Source of the DNA: Bacillus sp. (in: firmicutes)
Lineage (GTDB): Bacteria > Bacillota > Bacilli > Bacillales > Bacillaceae_G
Direction: 5' to 3'
DNA length: 64,000 nt
Assembly: GCA_041920565.1 (NCBI GenBank)
Contig: JBHGXS010000090.1
Location: 100,049 to 164,048 of the forward strand
Shown: positions 1-10,006 of the stretch, piece after piece
Numbering within the stretch: the first letter of the stretch is position 1
How the letters are laid out: every line of letters starts with the position of its first letter
The notes under the pieces: generated by a model
What the model saw: only the letters and a program-made list of their open reading frames with translations
Told to the model about the DNA's origin: nothing
Databases searched by the model: none
Program-made: the position numbers and the translations under genes

Positions 1-493
1 CATAAACTCCGACAGGTTCTACATCTGGGTTGCCGATTAAAATGGTTGAGACAGTTCGTTTTTTTAAATCCTCTATGGTTTCAATTCCTGCTGGGTTGTC
101 TTTCGGAACAGCCAGTACAAGCCTGTTTTTCAGTAAATCCACACTATGGTCCTCACTGATTAATCCTTGATCGATTAATGTTTGCATATGGCTTTTGGAA
201 GACGACAGGAAAATATCCACGGGAGCACCCTGCTGAATTTGATTTTGAATGGTGCTTGATGAATCGTAAGTAAAGGAAAATGAAATATTCGGATGCGTTT
301 TTGTGTATTGTGTTTGTATGTCTTCAAGCGCATTTTGAAGACTGCTTGCTGCAGCTACTTGCAGCGTAATGTTTTGTTGTTGGGTGCGCTCTTTTGGCTT
401 GCGTTTTTTTTCCGGGAAACCGCTCATATATAAAATGATGAGCAAGATGATTAAGACAATGCCCACAAGTAGAACTCTTTTGACAAACTGCAT
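1..493 (-). CDS. modA: Molybdate ABC transporter substrate-binding protein (3'-partial, runs off window)
   Basis: Manual translation from ATG 493: MQFVKRVLLVG...TLQVAAASSLQNALEDIQ...SSSTIQNQIQQGAPVDIFLSS, typical ModA motifs; SD GGAAG upstream. Confidence 0.85.
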   Translation of the reverse strand, partial: MQFVKRVLLVGIVLIILLIILYMSGFPEKKRKPKERTQQQNITLQVAAASSLQNALEDIQTQYTKTHPNISFSFTYDSSSTIQNQIQQGAPVDIFLSSSKSHMQTLIDQGLISEDHSVDLLKNRLVLAVPKDNPAGIETIEDLKKRTVSTILIGNPDVEPVGVY

Positions 494-629
494 GTATTTC
501 TTCCTTCCGTTATACGTTCCGCTGCCGTTCGTTTTTTTTATTACATTTGTATTTTACCATAATTTTCATGACTGCAAAAAACAAAGCACCCATTTAACAT
601 GAGTGCTTAGGAGTTGAGTAACGACTGGC

Positions 630-1478
630 TCATATTTGCAGTACAATGGGTTCTTCTTTTTCCGCTTTTTCTGTCATTGCTTCAATAGACGGCACCACAG
701 CTTTTTCAGGCTTTGTACGTGTAATGTATTGATATATCATGCCGACGAACACGGAGCCGCCGACGATGTTTCCAAGTGTGGCAGGCAATAAGTTATGAAT
801 GGCACCTGCCAAGGAAATGGTTTCCGGATGCGGTGATAACAATGCGATGGAGAATAAGGATAAGTTGGCTATACTGTGTTCATATCCGGATAAGAAGAAA
901 GCGAACACAAGCAAAAACATCATCCCGATTTTGGCAACGTCTCCTTTTACTTGAGACGGTAAAAAGCATGCTAAGCAAACTAGCCAGTTGCAAAGGATCG
1001 CTTTAAAGAATATATGAGAAGCGGAAGCAGTCATTTTGACTTCTACAACCTTGTTAAGTAAATGTGTGTTTGATATGTTTTCAAAAAGGCCTGTTGCATG
1101 AAATAATAATGCAAAGAACACTGCGCCGATAAGATTTCCTGCATAGACAGCTCCCCAGTTACGCAATGTATCTTTCACTGTTGTTTCTTTACGCATAGTA
1201 GAAACAGTGAAGTACATAGTGTTTCCTGTAAACAGTTCTGCTCCCCCGTACATAATCATGACTAACGCAGTTCCAAAAAAGAAAGAAGAGACCAAGTAAG
1301 TAGCGGGCGAGTTTACGGCATTAAAAAACTCTCCCATTTTAAAGCAGACCACGATGATAAATCCGATAAAAATGCCGGCTAATGCAGCTCGAACAATATA
1401 TTGCATCGGGTCAGCATCTAACATTTTCTTTTTCTTTTTTGCTAACGTAACAACATATTCCATCCCTTGTTCCAACAT
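630..1478 (-). CDS. Formate/nitrite transporter (FNT) family
   Basis: GAELFTGN, CNWLVCLA and GYEHSIAN FNT signatures. Confidence 0.92.
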   Translation of the reverse strand: MLEQGMEYVVTLAKKKKKMLDADPMQYIVRAALAGIFIGFIIVVCFKMGEFFNAVNSPATYLVSSFFFGTALVMIMYGGAELFTGNTMYFTVSTMRKETTVKDTLRNWGAVYAGNLIGAVFFALLFHATGLFENISNTHLLNKVVEVKMTASASHIFFKAILCNWLVCLACFLPSQVKGDVAKIGMMFLLVFAFFLSGYEHSIANLSLFSIALLSPHPETISLAGAIHNLLPATLGNIVGGSVFVGMIYQYITRTKPEKAVVPSIEAMTEKAEKEEPIVLQI

Positions 1479-1510
1479 TTTGGAAGCACCTCTTTATTTC
1501 AAATTCAATA

Positions 1511-1526
1511 TGTGATATTTATCACA
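1511..1526. promoter_or_regulatory. Fnr/Crp-family box upstream of the FNT gene
   Basis: TGTGA-tattta-TCACA (TGTGA-N6-TCACA) 33 nt upstream of the FNT start. Confidence 0.65.
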
Positions 1527-1692
1527 TACATACCTTACTCCTGTTGATGGCTTATGACAACATCTTTGTTCATTTTTTCACAAATATGACACAATCAGCA
1601 TGGTTGAAAGGGTTTACAAAAGATTTGTCGGTTTGGTATCATATAATGTCATTACATAACAAATGTATTGGAACAAAAGAGGAGAGAAAAAG

Positions 1693-2010
1693 ATGAACGT
1701 ATATATGGATGACAGACGTCCTTGTCCGTATGGTTTCGTTCTTGCTGAAACCGTCGAGCAGGCACTTTGGCTTGTTCGCACCAATGAAGTGTCTGTTTTG
1801 TCATTAGATTATAATATGGGGTTCCGAAAGAAGAACGGTCTTGATTTTGTAAATGCCTTTTGTCAGGAAGGATTGTTTGTAAAGGAAATTCAGCTTCACA
1901 GCAACGACATTATCGGGGTATGATATATGCAAGAGCGATTGAAGACAGCAAAGGAGAAAGGAGAGATTTCTTTCGATATTGCCGTGAAAAACGTCGGAAG
2001 CTTCCTATAA
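1693..2010 (+). pseudogene. Cyclic-phosphate-processing receiver-domain-like protein with in-frame TGA
   Basis: MNVYMDDRRPCP...SLDYNMG...HSNDIIGV*YMQERLKTAKEKGEIS...GSFL*; the frame continues past TGA 1921-1923 to TAA 2010. Confidence 0.7.
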
Positions 2011-2038
2011 AAAAGCGCTGCAATCGCAGCGCTTTCTG

Positions 2039-2437
2039 TTAGTGATTTTCTGCTTGTCGATATTCGCTCATATCTATTTTAGCTGATTCTGACGGTTTGT
2101 CTTTAGACAGAAACCATCCTGCTGCCCCGATGCCAAGCAGCACAGCCCAGAAGGTTAATTTCCATGGCAGAGACTCTGGAAATTCATGAGGAAGTATGTG
2201 CAGCGCCGGATGTGCCAATGTATATACGGCAAGCTTAATACCCACCCATCCGACGATTAAGAAGGCGGCAGTTTCCAGACCGGGCTTGCGCTGCAGCAAT
2301 TTTACAAAAACAGAAGCGGCAAAGCGCATAATGACTAAGCCGATAATACCGCCTGCCAAGATCACGATGAATTGTCCGGTGTCTAACCCGCCGATCATAC
2401 CGATGTTTGTGGGAGGCAATGTTACGGCGAGCGCTAA
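2039..2437 (-). pseudogene. 5'-truncated TerC-family (YkoY-like) membrane protein
   Basis: Only the C-terminal half is present (LALAVTLP...GGIIGLVIMRFAA...LETAAFLIVGWVGIKL); no start/SD; abuts the 3' end of the upstream ktrB-like gene. Confidence 0.75.
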
Positions 2438-2461
2438 TTGTCAACTCATCAGCACTAAAAA

Positions 2462-3793
2462 TCATCCCGTTAAGATATCTTCTGATGGATATTTGATCTT
2501 TGTTGTGCTTCTTCTTGCAAGTGTAAACGCAAGAGTGAGCGGTCCCATTTTTCCGAAAAACATCATAAAGATGATGATGGCTTTTCCGATAAACGTCAGC
2601 TCATATGTAAGCCCCATGGTCAGTCCCACCGTGCCGAAAGCTGAAAAAACTTCAAAGACAATTTGCATGACAGGCGCTTTTTCCGTAATGCTCAAAATCA
2701 AGATAGCTAAAAATGAAAACATAATGGAAAGCAAAGCAATAGCTATAGCTTTTACGATAACTTTATCCTTAATCGATTTCTTAAATACAACAATTGATTC
2801 TTGGTCCTTCAAAAATTTAATCACACCAAGCACAATCACTAAAAAGGTAGTTAACTTAATACCGCCTCCGGTAGAAGCGCTTCCGGCACCGATGAACATT
2901 AAAAGAACCATTAATAACAAGGTAGGTTCCGTAAGCTGGGAAATGTCAAGCGTATTAAAGCCAGCGGTACGTGTTGTTACTGCTTGAAAGTAAGCGGCGA
3001 GCATTTTTTCTCCTTCATGTAATTTTCCCATTGTATTTGCATTGTTATGCTCTAATCCAAAAATGGCAAGCGTTGCGAAAACATTAATTACAAACGTAAA
3101 CACAAGCATGAGCTTAGAGTGAAGACTTAAGCGGGTAAAATTTCGTTTTCGCCAAATGTCTACTACAACAGTAAAACCAATTCCTCCTAAGATGATAAGC
3201 GAGGTAATGACAAGATTCACGAGAGGGCTGCCCACATGCCCCATTAAACTGTCAGACCAGACGGAGAAGCCAGCATTGTTAAAGGCGGAGATGGAATGAA
3301 AAAAACTGAAGTATAATCCTTTCTGCCAGCCGTACTTCGGCACCCATTCCAATGAAAGCAAGAGCATGGCCAACAATTCTACCCCAATGGAGTAGATGAA
3401 AAGGGATTTTGCCAATCGGATAATGCCGCCTACGTTTGTTTGGTTTAAAGATTGTTGCAGTAAAATCCGATTTTTCCAGCTGATTTTTTTGCCGAGCATG
3501 ATGAAAATCAATACCGCAAAGCTCATGATCCCAAGTCCGCCGACTTGAATGAGAGTTAATATGACCAGCTGCCCGAATAGAGTAAAAGTTTTCCCGGTAT
3601 CGACAACCCCAAGTCCGGTTACGGTAAAAGCTGAAACGGTTGTAAAACAAGCGTCAATCCACGAAATGGGTGCTGTCGTAGCGATAGGAAGTTTCAGCAA
3701 AATGGTCCCGAGCACCGCTAAGGCTATAAAAGAAAATACCAGTAAGCGCGGAGGACTCATTTGAATACTAATGAATTTCATAATTGTATGCAC
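2462..3793 (-). CDS. KtrB/TrkH-family K+ uptake membrane subunit
   Basis: SAFTVTGL, SAFNNAGF, TRTAGFN, STGGGIK and SAFGTVGL pore-loop motifs. Confidence 0.93.
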   Translation of the reverse strand: MHTIMKFISIQMSPPRLLVFSFIALAVLGTILLKLPIATTAPISWIDACFTTVSAFTVTGLGVVDTGKTFTLFGQLVILTLIQVGGLGIMSFAVLIFIMLGKKISWKNRILLQQSLNQTNVGGIIRLAKSLFIYSIGVELLAMLLLSLEWVPKYGWQKGLYFSFFHSISAFNNAGFSVWSDSLMGHVGSPLVNLVITSLIILGGIGFTVVVDIWRKRNFTRLSLHSKLMLVFTFVINVFATLAIFGLEHNNANTMGKLHEGEKMLAAYFQAVTTRTAGFNTLDISQLTEPTLLLMVLLMFIGAGSASTGGGIKLTTFLVIVLGVIKFLKDQESIVVFKKSIKDKVIVKAIAIALLSIMFSFLAILILSITEKAPVMQIVFEVFSAFGTVGLTMGLTYELTFIGKAIIIFMMFFGKMGPLTLAFTLARRSTTKIKYPSEDILTG

Positions 3794-3870
3794 CTTTCTC
3801 TATGTAGCTTCATGGAAAAATTACCCTAATTATTGGTATATAGGGTTTCATTTTAGTACGTGAAGACATT

Positions 3871-4956
3871 TCATGAAATTGGAATGTGTTTGCTTTTGTC
3901 ATTCTTATGCTGTTGATAGTATGTGACGATTGCGGGAATCACATCCTTAAAATCAGGACAAGTGATACCGGAGTGCTGCAAATCCAGAAGGGCTTGATCG
4001 CATTTGTAGCTTGCTTTGCATGTAAAATAAGCCAAGGATTCTCTTTCTGTACGAAGGAGGCGGCGCGCTTTGGAAAAGGAAAGCAATCCTTTCGCAAATA
4101 AAAGAGGGACGGTTCCTTTCGGTTCTCTTTTCAAGTATTCCTTCATCAACATTCGATATACTTGTTTGGCTGTATATGGATGCGGATCTGTTAGTTGATA
4201 AGTTTTTCCGATGCCGATATCATGATGACTTAAATACGACGTTGCCCGCACGATAAAATCAACGGGTACAAAGTTTCCTTCTGCATCACCATTTCCCAAG
4301 TAAGGCAAAAAGGGAACGTTTCGCAATGCTTCAAAAAAATTTAAGATAAAATACGGACCGTCAAATTTAATCGTTTCGCCGGTTTGGGAATGGCCGACCA
4401 CAATTCCGGGACGGATAATCGTAACAGGAACCTTTTCAATAATGGACTGAACGGCAACTTCTGCTTGAAACTTCGTATGCTCGTAATGATTTTTAAACGA
4501 TTGTCCCATGTCGAGCTCTGTTTCTAAAATATCGCCTTCCCGTGTACCTGCTACATAAGAAGTGCTGAAATACGTATATCTTTCTAATCGTGACAACATT
4601 AAGACAAAGTTGTTTACGCAATGAGTTCCGTGTACGTTTACTCTATAAGCAATGTCTTTTGGGACGGCTAAATCGTAAATGGCAGCGAGGTGATACACGT
4701 GAGTAACAGTATTTCGCAGTATGTGGAGTTGTTCTGGTAATAGATCTAGATGAGGTTTTGTAATATCTCCGGGGAGAAGCGTAGCTTTGTCAGGCGAAAT
4801 GGTAAGGCTGTCGATCTCTTTACGAGCATGATCCATCATGGAAGGCAAGACGAGAAGATACAGATGATTTACGTCATAGCCATCTTCTAGAATTTGGTTG
4901 ATAAGCTGCTTGGCAATAAAACCGGGAAATCCGGTAAAAAAATATGTGTTGCCCAT
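3871..4956 (-). CDS. Extended SDR / NAD-dependent reductase
   Basis: TGFPGFIA Rossmann motif, HLAAIY, YEHTK (YxxxK), RPGIVVG. Confidence 0.85.
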   Translation of the reverse strand: MGNTYFFTGFPGFIAKQLINQILEDGYDVNHLYLLVLPSMMDHARKEIDSLTISPDKATLLPGDITKPHLDLLPEQLHILRNTVTHVYHLAAIYDLAVPKDIAYRVNVHGTHCVNNFVLMLSRLERYTYFSTSYVAGTREGDILETELDMGQSFKNHYEHTKFQAEVAVQSIIEKVPVTIIRPGIVVGHSQTGETIKFDGPYFILNFFEALRNVPFLPYLGNGDAEGNFVPVDFIVRATSYLSHHDIGIGKTYQLTDPHPYTAKQVYRMLMKEYLKREPKGTVPLLFAKGLLSFSKARRLLRTERESLAYFTCKASYKCDQALLDLQHSGITCPDFKDVIPAIVTYYQQHKNDKSKHIPIS

Positions 4957-5200
4957 GCTTTTTCTCCTCTCTTAAACAGTAAGGAGCATGTCGGAAACAA
5001 GCTCCCCTTTTCACGTCTTCCGAAACAACTCTCCCTCTTCAAGCGTGTGAAGGTGCATAGTGCCAACGGTAAGAGGGAGATGAATTTTAGTTAGGCGACA
5101 GTTTGAAGAACACTCGTTCCATTTCCCTTGATTTGGTATAATTTCTTGTGAAATCAGTATGGACAGTATGGTGATTTGATATGGCAAACAAGCGGGCAGT

Positions 5201-5506
5201 TCACGTGATAACTAAATACAATACGATTGAACCGATGGAACAAAGCATAACGAGAAGCACGTTCAACCGTAAATAAGCACAAAGAAAAGCGACGGCAGTC
5301 CCGATAATCCCTGCCCTTATATCTGTATGTACGGTAAATACCCCCGGAAAAATAAGAGCTCCTAAAATGGCAAACGGAATATTTTTTAATACCCCTTTTA
5401 CTTTGGGCGGAAGCTTTTCGTTATTTAAAGATACAAAGGGCAAAAGCCTAGGGATAAACGTAACGACAGCCATTCCTAATATAATCAGCATCACCGGCGC
5501 GGTCAT
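5201..5506 (-). CDS. azlD: AzlD-family membrane protein
   Basis: GMAVVTFIPRLLP motif; overlaps the azlC stop. Confidence 0.8.
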   Translation of the reverse strand: MTAPVMLIILGMAVVTFIPRLLPFVSLNNEKLPPKVKGVLKNIPFAILGALIFPGVFTVHTDIRAGIIGTAVAFLCAYLRLNVLLVMLCSIGSIVLYLVIT

Positions 5507-6207
5507 GATTGTTCCTCTCCTTTATGCAAAAATTCAATTAAAACAGCTGAAAAAAGCGCAGAAAGGAAGATGGAAACACCGACTGACAGCACTTGTGACA
5601 ATAAGCTGTTTGTGACAGCGGCACAGGCTGCCAAATAAATAATTTTGCGCTCGGTTAAACAAGGCACCAATAAGGCGATAAACATGGCATACAATGCAAA
5701 TCCCATGCTTTCTTGCGCCACATCCGGCATCAAGTTCACAACAAAAAAGCCTAAGCCGGAAAAAAACACCCAGCTGATGTAGGCAATGGTGTTCAATCCG
5801 AGAATATAAGGGTAGGTGAGCTTTTCTTGACGTGTAGAAGCAACAGCAAACGTTTCATCCGTGATGCCGAATGCAGTGAACGCTTTTGTAAGCAGCGTGC
5901 TTGGATCGAGCTTTTCTTGCAGGGATGTCGTCATTAATAGAAGACGGATGTTCACGATGAAGACGGTTGAAATAATTTCAAACGCGCTTGCTCCGTTTGC
6001 AAGAAGCGTCAATGTCATAAATTGTGAAGCTCCAGCATACACAAAGGCGCTCATGGCCAACGTCTCATAAAACGCCAATCCTGTTGTTTTTGCCAATAAA
6101 CCAAATGCAAGGGCAATCGGCATGTAGCCCAGCGCAATTCCGATTCCGCTTTTTAATCCTGTACGAAACTCTGATTTTTGCTCCCAAACGGCAGGTACGG
6201 TATTCAA
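5503..6207 (-). CDS. azlC: AzlC-family branched-chain amino acid exporter
   Basis: YAGASQF and ITDETFAV motifs. Confidence 0.88.
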   Translation of the reverse strand: MNTVPAVWEQKSEFRTGLKSGIGIALGYMPIALAFGLLAKTTGLAFYETLAMSAFVYAGASQFMTLTLLANGASAFEIISTVFIVNIRLLLMTTSLQEKLDPSTLLTKAFTAFGITDETFAVASTRQEKLTYPYILGLNTIAYISWVFFSGLGFFVVNLMPDVAQESMGFALYAMFIALLVPCLTERKIIYLAACAAVTNSLLSQVLSVGVSIFLSALFSAVLIEFLHKGEEQS

Positions 6208-6305
6208 ATGTAATCCTCCTTGTCATACGGAATTAAGAAGTTATGTTTTCCATTAATACGAGGGGAATGTGTCGAAATCCTGCTATTTCCGGAAAAAAAT
6301 ACAAA

Positions 6306-6324
6306 AACCGGGCAAAGCCCGGTT
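6306..6324 (-). terminator. Intrinsic terminator after the SASP gene
   Basis: aaccgggc-aaa-gcccggtt hairpin with A-tract on the left (U-tract on minus strand). Confidence 0.7.
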
Positions 6325-6343
6325 ATCAGCCATAGATATTCAA

Positions 6344-6532
6344 TTATTTGCCGCTAAGCTGAGATTGCGCCATCGCAACTAAACGTTTTGTTACTTCGCC
6401 GCCTACAGAGCCGTTAGAGCGAGCTGCTGTATCAGAACCAAGACTTACTCCAAATTCACTTGCAATTTCATATTTGAATTGATCCAGCGCTTGTTGTACG
6501 CCGGGAACTAGTAATTTATTTGTTCTAGCCAT
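6344..6532 (-). CDS. alpha/beta-type small acid-soluble spore protein
   Basis: [11 protein letters not shown]...[10 protein letters not shown]...[13 protein letters not shown]; SD AAAGGAG. Confidence 0.95.
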   Translation of the reverse strand: MARTNKLLVPGVQQALDQFKYEIASEFGVSLGSDTAARSNGSVGGEVTKRLVAMAQSQLSGK

Positions 6533-6660
6533 TGTAGTCATCTCCTTTGTTGGTTCCAGCTTGAGCTGGTATTTTTATTGTTTCTGTTTGCGGTGTCAGC
6601 ATACTCGGAAGTAAAAGGGGAGGATAGCAGTTCTTGGATGAAAAAAAGAGCAGCATTTGC

Positions 6661-6785
6661 GGCTGTTGACAAATACCCGTTTCAAATAAAAAGAAGATGA
6701 ATTTCTACAAAATGTAGGGTTCATCTTCTTTTTTATTCACTGTATAATGTGCCTTGTAGTTGGGCTTTTTAGTTTGTCGACAGCC
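6661..6785. mobile_element. MITE-like 125-bp element
   Basis: 13-bp terminal IR ggctgttgacaaa / tttgtcgacagcc (1 mismatch) with an internal hairpin aaaaagaagatgaa...ttcatcttcttttt. Confidence 0.6.
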
Positions 6786-6793
6786 CCGTTTCA

Positions 6794-7237
6794 CTACTCC
6801 ATTTTCAAGATGGCGGCAGTTCCTTCGACTACCAGCTTATCAAATTGATTGTACACATTTGTTTGCAATGTAATGATTTTTTTATCGTCGCGCTTTTTTA
6901 TGACCTCAGCAATGATCCGCAATGTATCACCGATTTTGACAGGTGCTTTAAAGGCAACGTTTTGTGATAAGTAGATGGTGTTTTTTCCTGGAAGTTTTGT
7001 GCCTAGTATAGTGGAAATGAAGCTTGCAACAAGCATACCGTGAGCAATGCGTTCGCCGAACATGGAGTTTGCTGCAAAATCATCGAGTAAATGGATCGGA
7101 TTGACATCACCGGTAAGCTGTGCGAATGCTTGAATGTCTTCGTCTGTAATGGTCCTTGTAATCAGCGCCTGATCTCCAATCTGGATTTCATCATATAGTA
7201 GCTCAGGGACAAATTCCGCTTTCTTAAAAATATTCAT
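6794..7237 (-). CDS. phaJ: MaoC-type (R)-enoyl-CoA hydratase
   Basis: FAQLTGDVNPIH and IAHGML; next to the pha genes. Confidence 0.85.
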   Translation of the reverse strand: MNIFKKAEFVPELLYDEIQIGDQALITRTITDEDIQAFAQLTGDVNPIHLLDDFAANSMFGERIAHGMLVASFISTILGTKLPGKNTIYLSQNVAFKAPVKIGDTLRIIAEVIKKRDDKKIITLQTNVYNQFDKLVVEGTAAILKME

Positions 7238-7326
7238 TCCATCCTCCTTTTTTCTACTGCCGAACAAAGGGTGCCAGGATGTGAATGCAAGTAGAAACAG
7301 ACGAGCGCCGCTGGTAAGAATGGTTG

Positions 7327-7851
7327 TTATTTCGCCGGAGTAAAAAGGTTTTTTGTGTGTTCCTCAAACTTTTTCGCTAAATCAAATTGAACAGCCTTAA
7401 TTTCTTGCAAGAAGGACTCCATTTGCTTTTGAACTTCTTCGCGTTGGGATTGGTTTTGCGCTGCAAACTGCTTCATCGTTTCTTCCAATTGTTCACTTGT
7501 TTGTGAAAGCAGAGAAAAAGATGATTTTACGGGTGCAGTTGTCATTTGCTGCAACTGGGAAGTAAGTTCATTCCACTTTTGCTGCCACTCCTCGATTTGT
7601 GCTCCTAATTGACTTCCTGCCATTTGCTTGACATAGTCTGCATATTGAGAACTCATTTGAGAGAAATGCTGCTTCATTTCTTGTTCCAATATTTCCATGT
7701 TTTCCGTCATTTTTTGCCATGTCTCCTGCTGCTGTTTCATCGTATCAAGCGTGATTTGTTCCATCTGTTTGCCGGCAGAAGAAAGCAAGGAAAAAGAATT
7801 TGCCCATTGCTTCCAAAGTACGTCTATTAACTCAAATTGTTTACTTTCCAT
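7327..7851 (-). CDS. phaP: PHA granule phasin
   Basis: MESKQFELIDVLWKQW, Gln-rich helical protein; position downstream of phaQ. Confidence 0.85.
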   Translation of the reverse strand: MESKQFELIDVLWKQWANSFSLLSSAGKQMEQITLDTMKQQQETWQKMTENMEILEQEMKQHFSQMSSQYADYVKQMAGSQLGAQIEEWQQKWNELTSQLQQMTTAPVKSSFSLLSQTSEQLEETMKQFAAQNQSQREEVQKQMESFLQEIKAVQFDLAKKFEEHTKNLFTPAK

Positions 7852-7909
7852 TACAAACCCTCCTAATTGAAATAAATGACTGTGGCTTCCATTGTTATTG
7901 TGAATGCAG

Positions 7910-8335
7910 TTAGTCTGCAGAGTCACCGTTTGTTTCGCTCTTTTCCTTCGGCGGCATCACGAAAGGGAAAAAGGCATTCGTATACAGATTAAAAAAGGTC
8001 CGCAGCATATTTTGATACTGCTCGAAGGAATACGCGCATGTTTCCAAGTACTTTTCGCCGCATTTTGTTAATGAATAAATGCGTTTTGCAGGCCCTCCTT
8101 CGCTCGTATCCCATTCGGAAGAAATTAAGTTTTCTTTCTCAAGCTTGCGGAGCGTGCGATAGACGTTTCCTTGGTCAATAGATGAAAAGCCCATGTCCAT
8201 CAGCATTTGAATGAGCTTATAGCCGTGCAGGCTCCAATCTTTTAAACAAAGAAGGAGAAACGGCACCAAAAAGTTCTTTGGCATTACATTCAAATGTTTT
8301 TCGAGTTCATTTTGTTCGGATTCATTTTTTATCAT
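7910..8335 (-). CDS. phaQ: PHB-responsive PadR-like repressor
   Basis: PKNFLVPFLLL..HGYKLIQ..DQGNVYRTLR..GPAKRIY. Confidence 0.9.
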   Translation of the reverse strand: MIKNESEQNELEKHLNVMPKNFLVPFLLLCLKDWSLHGYKLIQMLMDMGFSSIDQGNVYRTLRKLEKENLISSEWDTSEGGPAKRIYSLTKCGEKYLETCAYSFEQYQNMLRTFFNLYTNAFFPFVMPPKEKSETNGDSAD

Positions 8336-8386
8336 GATAGTTCATCCCCTCATGATTCGTTGCGTATTGGTAACTTTTTCTTATAT

Positions 8387-8399
8387 GTGTAATTTACAC
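8387..8399. promoter_or_regulatory. Candidate PhaQ operator palindrome
   Basis: GTGTAA-T-TTACAC perfect IR in the divergent phaQ/phaR promoter region. Confidence 0.4.
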
Positions 8400-8542
8400 C
8401 TATCTGCTTTTGTTGTCAATAAAATTGTTAGAAAATATAAAATATTATTTTTTCTCTTGCTTGATTTCGGTAAATGTTAGAAAATAATGAATAGATAGAA
8501 TTGTTTTATTGTGAAAGAAAACTAAAAAGGGGTGTAGGAGAA

Positions 8543-9001
8543 ATGATCGATCAAAAAGCGTTTGATCCGTTGAAAGCGTGGAAGGATGTATACGAGCAAA
8601 CGGAAAAATTTTGGGGCAAAACATTAAATGAAACGTTGAAAACTGAAGAATATTCAGCTTGGATGGGCAGTATTTTAGATTTAAATTTATTTCAGCAAAA
8701 ACTGCTCAATGATGTAACGAAGAGTTATTTGGAAAAAGTGAATATGCCGACGCAAGACGATATCGCACGAGTGGCTTCCCTTGTTGTGAACCTCGAAAAT
8801 AAGATTGACGGCATTGAAGAATTTTTGGAAGAAAAAGTGGATATACTCGAGCAATCTCCTGCAGCGAAGCGCGACATGACAAAAATGAAAAACGATATTC
8901 GTCTTCTTGAAAGCAAGGTTGATAAAATTTTAGAGCATCTGGAAAAGCAGCAGGCCTTGTTGGAGACATTACATAACCAAAAGGGAGAGTCAAAGCAATA
9001 A
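8543..9001 (+). CDS. phaR: Class IV PHA synthase subunit PhaR
   Basis: DPLKAWKDVY...NMPTQDDIARVASLVVNLENKID. Confidence 0.9.
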   Translation: MIDQKAFDPLKAWKDVYEQTEKFWGKTLNETLKTEEYSAWMGSILDLNLFQQKLLNDVTKSYLEKVNMPTQDDIARVASLVVNLENKIDGIEEFLEEKVDILEQSPAAKRDMTKMKNDIRLLESKVDKILEHLEKQQALLETLHNQKGESKQ

Positions 9002-9048
9002 GCTTTTTGATTCTATACAGCACATAACATTCTAAGGGGGATTTAGTA

Positions 9049-9792
9049 ATGGTTCATTTAGAAGGCAGAGTAGCGATTGTAACAGGTGGAGCAAAAGGAA
9101 TCGGAGAAGCAATTACAACAGCATTGGCAAAAGAAGGCGTAAAAGTAGTCATCAACTATAACAGCAGTAAAGATGCGGCAGAAGCGCTTGTTAACAAATT
9201 GGCAGCAGAGGGCTGCGAGGTTTACATGTGCCAAGCGGACGTCTCTAAAGTGGAAGATGCGCGTCGTCTTGTAGAAGAAACGATCGAGCGTTTCGGCAAG
9301 CTTGATATTCTTGTGAACAATGCCGGCATTACAAGAGACCGCACATTCAAAAAGCTGAATCGCGAAGATTGGGACCGTGTAATCGATGTGAACTTAAGCA
9401 GCGTCTATAACACATCAACTGCTTCCTTACCGCACCTTTTAGAATCCGATAACGGAAGAATCATCAATATTTCCTCCATTATCGGTCAAGCGGGCGGCTT
9501 CGGCCAAACGAACTATTCTGCAGCAAAAGCGGGCATGATTGGCTTTACAAAATCATTGGCTCTTGAGCTTGCAAAAACAAATGTAACCGTTAATGCGATT
9601 TGCCCTGGATTTATCGATACGGAAATGGTAGCGGAAGTGCCTCAGCATGTTCGCGAGCAAATCGTTGCAAAAATTCCGAAGAAGCGTTTCGGCCAGCCTG
9701 ATGAAATTGCACGTGGAGTTCTTTACTTATGCCGTGATGGAGAATATATTACAGGACAGCAATTAAATATTAACGGCGGATTATACATGTAA
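9049..9792 (+). CDS. phaB: Acetoacetyl-CoA reductase
   Basis: TGGAKGIG, NNAGITRD, GQTNYSAAK; pha context. Confidence 0.93.
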   Translation: MVHLEGRVAIVTGGAKGIGEAITTALAKEGVKVVINYNSSKDAAEALVNKLAAEGCEVYMCQADVSKVEDARRLVEETIERFGKLDILVNNAGITRDRTFKKLNREDWDRVIDVNLSSVYNTSTASLPHLLESDNGRIINISSIIGQAGGFGQTNYSAAKAGMIGFTKSLALELAKTNVTVNAICPGFIDTEMVAEVPQHVREQIVAKIPKKRFGQPDEIARGVLYLCRDGEYITGQQLNINGGLYM

Positions 9793-10006
9793 TAAAGCAA
9801 GAAGTGCATCTCTGTTGCGCATTCATCTGAATGGGAGAATGCACTTCTTTTTTGGAGGGAAAGCAAGTATAAATCGTATCGTACGGTCTTGCTAGGGCAC
9901 AAGAACATCTAAGAGCGTTGCATCGCGCAAATATAATCAAGGAAAACCAGGGCTTTAGGGTGCCAGCCAAGTTTTCTTTAAAGATTCAGTAAAGGGGATG
10001 AGAAAG

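Noticed and set aside
2196-2987. 263-aa plus-strand ORF
   Set aside because: Antisense shadow of the Ktr and TerC membrane genes.
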